DNA of 13,287 bases from Opitutus sp. GAS368 (lineage in GTDB: Bacteria; Verrucomicrobiota; Verrucomicrobiia; Opitutales; Opitutaceae), in contig CAMAVZ010000044.1 in the NCBI GenBank assembly GCA_945861645.1, positions 1-13,287 of the forward strand. Direction: 5' to 3'. This document shows positions 7,785-13,287 of the stretch, in pieces (within the stretch, counting starts at the first letter, position 1; each line of letters starts with the position of its first letter). Both the position numbers and the translations under genes were made by a program. Below the pieces are notes generated by a model, which made no database searches, was not told the DNA's origin, and saw only the letters and a program-made list of their open reading frames with translations.

Positions 7785-7861
7785 CGTTATAAAGATGGCT
7801 TAAATTGCGCGGCCGCGGCGCTCTAATTTCGTTTCGGGTTTACTCGTTCCGGCCGCGAGCA

Positions 7862-8533
7862 TCAGGCCTTCGGCGAGAGGCCCGTACTAAAAATTAAACG
7901 TTTCACCAATTCGGTCAATCGCACGCTTAAGAGGGTGTCTTCTTGTTCGGTTGTCATCTGGTACGTGCTCCGTTGCGTCGCGCGTTCGGCTAGTTCGACG
8001 CTCAGGACGTAAATAAATCCGCGCCGGACAAAGAGCAAAGAGCCCCGTTTGGCTTGTACTGGCACCCCACCAAGCGTTACCATTATTTTAGATTTATCTT
8101 CAAAAAATGAACCGCCAGGCAGGAGTGCGTAGGTTAGCAACGCGCCGTCGTGTAAATCAGGTAAAAAACGCGCACTTTGAATCGCCGCCCCCGGAAAGCG
8201 TTGCTGGAAATCAGCGAGCACAAATTGGGTGAAAAAATAAAGCAGATATTCTCGCCGAGCGCTGGTCTGACACTCCCAGCGTTGGGAAGCGTCTTGGGGG
8301 AAGCAGGCGATACTCAGATGCGTGTTGTAGCTATCGCTGAAGGTAACAACATTTTCGGTGTCGGTAATGGTGCCGCCCAGTTCGCGCAACACGGGAGCGA
8401 TAATCTTATATTCTCCAGTGGCTGAAAGGTAGGTGTCGCCTTCCATTTTCCCGAGCAGGCCAACGGACTCCGCGGCCACGGCCGCCGGCAGGTTGCTCCC
8501 GATGACTAGGGCAAGCATGAGGCGAGGAGACAT
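7862..8533 (-). CDS. Hypothetical exported protein
   Basis: Long ORF filling the gap between rsmA and ptrB. ATG 8533 avoids overlap with rsmA and yields a signal-peptide-like MSPRLMLALVIGSNLPAAVAA. No family recognised. Confidence 0.75.
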   Translation of the reverse strand: MSPRLMLALVIGSNLPAAVAAESVGLLGKMEGDTYLSATGEYKIIAPVLRELGGTITDTENVVTFSDSYNTHLSIACFPQDASQRWECQTSARREYLLYFFTQFVLADFQQRFPGAAIQSARFLPDLHDGALLTYALLPGGSFFEDKSKIMVTLGGVPVQAKRGSLLFVRRGFIYVLSVELAERATQRSTYQMTTEQEDTLLSVRLTELVKRLIFSTGLSPKA

Positions 8534-8573
8534 TAGAAAAGCCTGGCAAGACGCAGGCAGAGTTAAAAGAATT

Positions 8574-9413
8574 TTAAACAAGCGCAGAATTTTTTCCAAA
8601 TTGTTGCCAGAGGCTCACGGGAATTTGCTCGGGGCGGGTCTGTGGACCGAGGCCAGTGGCCGTTAAATCGCTCAGCCAAGCCTGCGCTTGCTCGGGGACT
8701 AATTTACCGCGCAAGAGTCCCCCGATTTGTTTCCGGCGCTGCTGAAAACAGGCGCGAATCAGTGCTTTATTGGCGGCCGTAAAAATAAATGGATGAGGTT
8801 TACGGACCAGTTGGAGCAGGTAAGATTCAATATCTGGGCGCGGATAAAAGCAGGAGGCATCGACCTTATGCCCTGGCGCTACGTCGAAGGCCGCTTGCAA
8901 GAGAATCGAAATGGCGCCGAATTGTTTCGAACCCGGCTGGGCGAGATAGCGTTGGGCGGCTTCTTGCTGCAGCATTAAAACCATGCGCTCAGGCAAAGGG
9001 CCCGCCAGCACCGCGTCGAGCCACGGAGTCGCGATCGCATAAGGCAGGTTCGCCACAATTTTAAAAGCAGTTGCGCGGGTGGACGGAAGCCCAGCCAGGG
9101 GTTCATCCATCGCATCACCTTCCAGCAAATGGAGCTGGGGTTGCGCGACGGCGAGGGTGGCGAGCAGATGGGCATGCAGTTGCCGGTCTTTTTCTACGGC
9201 CCAAACTTCCGCGCCGGCCGCAAGTAAGGCGTTGGTTAAAGTGCCTAAGCCCGGCCCAATTTCGACCACGGTATCGCCGCGACTAACGCCGGCCAGCTCG
9301 AGCGATTTGTGCACAATATTGCCGTCGACCAAAAAATTTTGCCCCAAAAAATGCTTTGGCTGATGATTGAGCTGCGTGAGCAGTTCACGCGTGGTCGTGG
9401 GCGAAAGCGGCAT
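8574..9413 (-). CDS. rsmA: 16S rRNA (adenine(1518)-N6/adenine(1519)-N6)-dimethyltransferase RsmA/KsgA
   Basis: LGQNFLVD, VEIGPGLGTLT, AVEKD, VANLPYAI, MLQ.E, FYPRPDIES, F.QRRK and RPEQI. Confidence 0.97.
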   Translation of the reverse strand: MPLSPTTTRELLTQLNHQPKHFLGQNFLVDGNIVHKSLELAGVSRGDTVVEIGPGLGTLTNALLAAGAEVWAVEKDRQLHAHLLATLAVAQPQLHLLEGDAMDEPLAGLPSTRATAFKIVANLPYAIATPWLDAVLAGPLPERMVLMLQQEAAQRYLAQPGSKQFGAISILLQAAFDVAPGHKVDASCFYPRPDIESYLLQLVRKPHPFIFTAANKALIRACFQQRRKQIGGLLRGKLVPEQAQAWLSDLTATGLGPQTRPEQIPVSLWQQFGKNSALV

Positions 9414-9424
9414 TGAGGTCGGGC

Positions 9425-10225
9425 TTAAATACAGCGGCGAAAATCGCGGATTAAATTGGCGGGATCAAGGGACCGCATGAGAGCTTCACCAACGAGCACG
9501 GCGCCGGCGCCCGCGGCTTTTACGCGGGCCGCATCCGCCGGGGTCGTAATGCCGCTTTCACTGACCGCGATCACGCCTTTGGGGAATAATGGAATGAGTT
9601 GCTCGCTCAACGTAAGATCAGTTTTAAATACCGCCAAATCACGATTGTTCACCCCGATGATTTGCGCGTTGTGGTCCAGCGCTCGGGTGAGTTCTTCGCG
9701 ATTATGAATTTCAAACAGAACATCAAGACCAGCGGCTTTCGCGGCCGCGTGGAGCGAGGTGATCTCTGCATCCGGCAAGGCTCGAACAATGATCAAGATG
9801 GCACTAGCTCCCGCGCGGCGGGCTTGTTGGACCTGGATCGGATGCATCATGAAATCTTTGCGCAAACAGGGCAGGGCTGGCAGGCTTTCCGCAAAATCTT
9901 TTGTGACGCTCGCTAAATCCGCGAGTGTTCCGCCAAAATATTTTTCATCGGTTAGAATGGAGAGGGCGCTGGCCCCCGCGCCTCGGTAACGCCGCGCTTG
10001 TTCAAGTGCTCCGGTGTTGGCGCTAATCACGCCCGCTGAAGGCGAGCGTCGTTTAATTTCTGCAATGACCGCGAGTTGACCGTCTGGTCGGCGGAGTGCT
10101 TGGAGAAAGGATGGCGGGCGGGGGAGCGTCGCGTTGAGCTCGAGCAGCTCATCGATAAATACCGGTCTTAAGAGCGGCGCGATTTCGAGCCGCTTGTGCA
10201 GCATTATTTCAGTCAGCTTATCCAT
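9425..10225 (-). CDS. trpC: Indole-3-glycerol phosphate synthase
   Basis: VIAEIKRRSPSAG, SILTDEKYFGG, LRKDF, EIH...EL, IGVNNRDL, VSESGI and LVGEALM. ATG 10225 (MDKLTEI) is the more typical start. Confidence 0.97.
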   Translation of the reverse strand: MDKLTEIMLHKRLEIAPLLRPVFIDELLELNATLPRPPSFLQALRRPDGQLAVIAEIKRRSPSAGVISANTGALEQARRYRGAGASALSILTDEKYFGGTLADLASVTKDFAESLPALPCLRKDFMMHPIQVQQARRAGASAILIIVRALPDAEITSLHAAAKAAGLDVLFEIHNREELTRALDHNAQIIGVNNRDLAVFKTDLTLSEQLIPLFPKGVIAVSESGITTPADAARVKAAGAGAVLVGEALMRSLDPANLIRDFRRCI

Positions 10226-10326
10226 GGAGATGAATTTACGAAACACACGAAATCGCTGGATGGGAAACTGAAAATTTCCAGCTTTTTAGGTGTCTTTCAC
10301 GGAATTCCTGATTACTCAGAGGGTCT

Positions 10327-11004
10327 ATGTCAGCCATTGAAGACCTTTGCCAAACGCTGGTTCGCCTGCGCGCCCCTGATGGTTGTCCCTGGGATCGGGA
10401 GCAAACGCATCAAACCCTCGCGCGTTGCCTGATTGATGAAGTGAGTGAATTACTCGAGACCATTGACCGCCACGATCTGCCGCATATGCGCGAGGAACTG
10501 GGCGATGTTTTGGTGCAAGTCGTGTTTCACGCCCAATTAGCCGCGGAACGAGGTGACTTTAATTTTGAGGACGTGGCCCGGGAGATCAACGCCAAGCTGG
10601 TTCGGCGCCATCCGCACGTCTTTGGCTCGGGGCACGCCGATAATTCCGCCCAAGTGATTGAGGTTTGGGAAAAAATTAAGGCGCAAGAAAAAGCCGCTGC
10701 CGGCAAAACTTCGTCAACCGTTTTTAAACATCTTCCGCCGCAACTGCCGGCTCTGATGTTGGCGAAGAATGTCTGGAAGCAAATTGCGAAAGCTAACTTA
10801 TCGACGGCTGGCGTGATTGATGCCGCCCAAATTGCGGCGCTTGGTCCGCAACTTGATCAAGCGACCCTCGGTCGCAGGTTGTTTGAATTAACCGCCGCCG
10901 CTTGCCTCACGGGCCTTGATCCGGAAGGCGCCCTCCGGCAAGAGACGACCCGCATTATGCAGGCATTAGAGCAGCGGGCGGTACCTTCGCGGCCGAAAGC
11001 ATAG
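10327..11004 (+). CDS. mazG: MazG-family nucleoside triphosphate pyrophosphohydrolase
   Basis: LR.PDGCPWDREQTH.TL...LIDEVSEL...I......MREELGDVL.QVVFH, KLVRRHPHVF and WEKIK.QEK. ExxE...ExxD motif at E38/E41/E57/D60. Confidence 0.93.
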   Translation: MSAIEDLCQTLVRLRAPDGCPWDREQTHQTLARCLIDEVSELLETIDRHDLPHMREELGDVLVQVVFHAQLAAERGDFNFEDVAREINAKLVRRHPHVFGSGHADNSAQVIEVWEKIKAQEKAAAGKTSSTVFKHLPPQLPALMLAKNVWKQIAKANLSTAGVIDAAQIAALGPQLDQATLGRRLFELTAAACLTGLDPEGALRQETTRIMQALEQRAVPSRPKA

Positions 11005-11081
11005 TATGTGCATGCCGTTATGCGTCGCCCCACCTTTCTGACCAACTGGCCAATGCTGGCTTCTTACGTATTTTATTTCCG

Positions 11082-12026
11082 GTGAAAAAAAAGTCACCAC
11101 TGGTGGTCGTCCCCACGGCGATTGTGACCGAATGGTTTCAGCCGTTTACTGCTTATCTCACCAAAGAGCGGCGCTATTCGAATTACACGGTGCGCAATTA
11201 TCGCCAGGCCTTAGTCGATTTCTACGGCTGGCTCGAGCAGACGAAACGAGCGACCCAAGGATTCGCTCAACTCTCGCCCCGTGATACGCGGGATTTTATC
11301 ATTGAGGCCCAGCGGCGCTTTAACCGACGGACTCTGCATAATCATGTTGCGGGCTTGCGGACCTTTTTCCGCTATTGGCTGCAGCAAGGAAAAGTGACCC
11401 GCAATCCATTCGTCGCGGTGCCGCTGCCCAAATTGGAACGGGCATTGCCGAAATTTTTAACCGAGACGCAAATGGCTCTGCTGTTGCGTGGCCCGCAAAG
11501 ATTGCTCAGCGCCGGCAGCTTAGACGCGGCTAGCGCGTGGCGCGATCGTCTCGTGCTCGAATTGCTTTATGGCGGCGGCTTTCGCGTAAGTGAACTGGTG
11601 GCCTTACGCTACGCCGCGATCGATTTTGAGTCGGGGACTGCCCGCGTCGTCGGGAAAGGGCAGAAGGAGCGAATCTGCCCCCTGGGCGCAGTCGCTTTGG
11701 CCGTCTTAAAAAAATTCCGAGAAATTTGTGCGCCGCAGGCTGACCCGCAAGATTCCCTCATCACCGTGACCGCCCATCAACGCATGACGGTACGGGCGGT
11801 TCAGCTGCTGGTTAAAAAATATCTAGCGCTCGCCGATCTACCGATGGATATCTCGCCGCATAAATTACGCCACTCTTACGCCACGCACTTGCTTAATTCC
11901 GGCGCTGATTTACGGGCGGTGCAAGAGCTGCTTGGGCATGTTAACTTAACCACCACGCAGATTTATACGCATACGAGCGTTGCGCGCCTGAAAGAAATTT
12001 ACGCCAAGGCGCACCCGCGAGCGTAA
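11082..12026 (+). CDS. xerC: Tyrosine recombinase XerC
   Basis: N-terminal SAM-like domain (ERRYS.YTVRNY..L, LRTFFRY, NP..V..PK..R.LPKFL). Catalytic residues appear in RVSEL, GKG.KER, SPHKLRHSYATHLL and VQELLGH..LTTTQIYT; VQELLGH is XerC-like rather than the XerD VQMLLGH. GTG start. Confidence 0.88.
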   Translation: MKKKSPLVVVPTAIVTEWFQPFTAYLTKERRYSNYTVRNYRQALVDFYGWLEQTKRATQGFAQLSPRDTRDFIIEAQRRFNRRTLHNHVAGLRTFFRYWLQQGKVTRNPFVAVPLPKLERALPKFLTETQMALLLRGPQRLLSAGSLDAASAWRDRLVLELLYGGGFRVSELVALRYAAIDFESGTARVVGKGQKERICPLGAVALAVLKKFREICAPQADPQDSLITVTAHQRMTVRAVQLLVKKYLALADLPMDISPHKLRHSYATHLLNSGADLRAVQELLGHVNLTTTQIYTHTSVARLKEIYAKAHPRA

Positions 12027-12039
12027 GCGCGAGGGGGCA

Positions 12040-13287
12040 TTACAGGTTCTTAATGGCTTGGGTAATTACTTCGCAGGCTCGATCAATCGATGCCCCTTCA
12101 TGCGCGGTGCTTAAAAACCACGATTCATAAGCGCTCGGCGGAAGATAAACCCCTTGGTCTAAGCAATTCTGGAAAAATCTGCCGAATAATTTGGCGTCCG
12201 AGGTGAGCGCAGTGGGTAGATCGCGCACCGGCGTCGGCGTGAAAAATAAACTAAACATGGAGCCCACCTGCGGCGCTTGGAGCGCGATCCCCTTAGCTTG
12301 GGCGGCCGCGCTTGCCGCGGTGCAAACCTGTCGGCCCAGTGCATCGAGGCGCGCGTAGGGTTTTAATTCCGCGAGCATTTGCAGCGAAGCAATGCCCGCG
12401 GCCATCGCGAGCGGGTTTCCGCTGAGCGTCCCAGCGTGGTAGACGGGACCGAGCGGGGCCAATTGGTCCATCACCTCGGCGCGTCCGCCGAAAGCGCCGA
12501 CCGGCAGACCGCCACCAATGATTTTACCCAAGCAGGTAAGGTCAGGCGTGATTTTTTCGAGTTCTTGTACGCCGCCGGCGGCGAGGCGAAATCCCGTCAT
12601 GACTTCGTCAAAAATTAATAAGGCCCCCTGAGCGGTGCAGGCTTGGCGGAGGTGCTGGTGATAGCCGGCATCGGGCTTTATAAAACCCACATTGCCGATG
12701 TAAGGTTCAAGAATAACGCCCGCAATTTTCCCCGGATTAGCCGCGAAGGCGGCATCAATCGCGGCCGTGTCGTTATAGGGTAGCACGACCGTTTCTTGCG
12801 CAAAGGCGGCGGGAATTCCCGCGCTGTCGGGATGGCCGTGGGTGAGAGCGCCCGAGCCCGCTTTGATCAGGAGCGAGTCCGAGTGGCCATGATAGCAGCC
12901 GGCAAATTTAATGATTTTGTCACGCCGGGTGAACCCGCGGGCTAGGCGGATAGCTGACATGGTGGCCTCAGTGCCGCTGCTGCACAGGCGAACTTTTTCG
13001 ATGGAGGGAAAAAACTGCACGATCAACTCCGCCATGGTGACCTCCGCGGGATTGGGGGTGCCAAAACTCGTCCCTCGCTCCAGCGCAGCCGCAATCGCGG
13101 CTTTAATGCGCGGATGATTATGCCCGTGAATGGCTGGACCCCACGTGCCCACAAAGTCGATCAACTCCCGACCATCGACCGTGGTGAGCGTGGCGCCGTG
13201 CGCCGCCTGAGTAAAAAATGGCGTGCCTCCCACGGAGCGGAAAGCGCGCACGGGTGAATTAACTCCCCCGGGCATAAGTTGCAGTGC
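12040..13287 (-). CDS. hemL: Glutamate-1-semialdehyde 2,1-aminomutase (5'-truncated by window edge)
   Basis: [48 protein letters not shown], the PLP-lysine motif [12 protein letters not shown] and [13 protein letters not shown]. The frame stays open upstream (ALQL) to the window end, so the true start is probably just outside. Confidence 0.97.
   Translation of the reverse strand, partial: ALQLMPGGVNSPVRAFRSVGGTPFFTQAAHGATLTTVDGRELIDFVGTWGPAIHGHNHPRIKAAIAAALERGTSFGTPNPAEVTMAELIVQFFPSIEKVRLCSSGTEATMSAIRLARGFTRRDKIIKFAGCYHGHSDSLLIKAGSGALTHGHPDSAGIPAAFAQETVVLPYNDTAAIDAAFAANPGKIAGVILEPYIGNVGFIKPDAGYHQHLRQACTAQGALLIFDEVMTGFRLAAGGVQELEKITPDLTCLGKIIGGGLPVGAFGGRAEVMDQLAPLGPVYHAGTLSGNPLAMAAGIASLQMLAELKPYARLDALGRQVCTAASAAAQAKGIALQAPQVGSMFSLFFTPTPVRDLPTALTSDAKLFGRFFQNCLDQGVYLPPSAYESWFLSTAHEGASIDRACEVITQAIKNL

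Noticed and set aside
7808..7857. Inverted repeat CGCGGCCG...CGGCCGCG upstream of ptrB
   Set aside because: An 8-bp all-GC repeat with a 34-nt loop, expected by chance at this composition and not repeated as an intergenic element.
8534..8599. Extended N-termini given by the ORF track (8599, 4043, 2288, 10246, 1485)
   Set aside because: Downstream ATGs match family N-termini, avoid overlaps or have better initiation context.
10226..10326. trp attenuator or terminator in the trpC/mazG divergent gap (GCTGGA...TCCAGC followed by TTTTT)
   Set aside because: No Trp-rich leader ORF. The stem is short with a long loop, and the T-run is on the wrong strand for trpC attenuation.
10995..11030. Possible dif-like Xer site upstream of xerC (gcatag...ttatgcg)
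   Set aside because: Only short partial matches; arm spacing and the TTATGTTAAAT arm do not fit a dif consensus.
11082..12026. Tyrosine recombinase as a prophage/island integrase, with mazG as phage cargo
   Set aside because: The motifs are chromosomal XerC-like and the neighbours (trpC, hemL) are core genes. There is no tRNA, att-like repeat or phage gene. The MazG is the bacterial CPWD type.
559..13117. Numerous antisense or alternative-frame ORFs of 60-154 aa in the track (e.g. 824..1288, 3571..3999, 4702..5067, 6600..6941, 2649..2867)
   Set aside because: All overlap well-supported genes, show no recognisable motifs, and are typical shadow ORFs of GC-rich coding DNA.
1..13287. CRISPR arrays, tRNA/rRNA, riboswitches, IS elements
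   Set aside because: Intergenic gaps are all about 125 nt or less, and I saw no periodic repeats, cloverleaf motifs, transposase or terminal inverted repeats by eye. An Rfam/Infernal scan would be the decisive check.

Overview
Dense, moderately GC-rich bacterial chromosomal segment of mostly housekeeping genes. The protein style and the near-absence of Shine-Dalgarno sites are reminiscent of Verrucomicrobiota/Opitutae (inference, not verified). Plus strand first: partial FKBP-type PPIase, a 59-aa CPxCG cysteine-rich protein missed by the ORF track, a membrane-anchored NERD nuclease-domain protein, TrmO/TsaA, a DUF1294 membrane protein (ATGA-coupled to trmO) and a DTW-domain tRNA aminocarboxypropyltransferase. 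A long minus-strand run follows, in transcription order: trpC, rsmA, an exported hypothetical, oligopeptidase B, isoaspartyl peptidase/asparaginase, a GreA/GreB-like factor and YqeY. Then mazG and xerC on plus, converging on a 5'-truncated hemL. I see no RNA genes, CRISPR array, IS element or prophage. No clearly new system is demonstrable from sequence alone. The best leads are the NERD-TrmO(RelE-like C-domain)-DUF1294-DTW cluster, the signal-peptide-bearing OpdB + IaaA pair, a non-canonical Gre-family factor and a MazG with a degenerate second domain.
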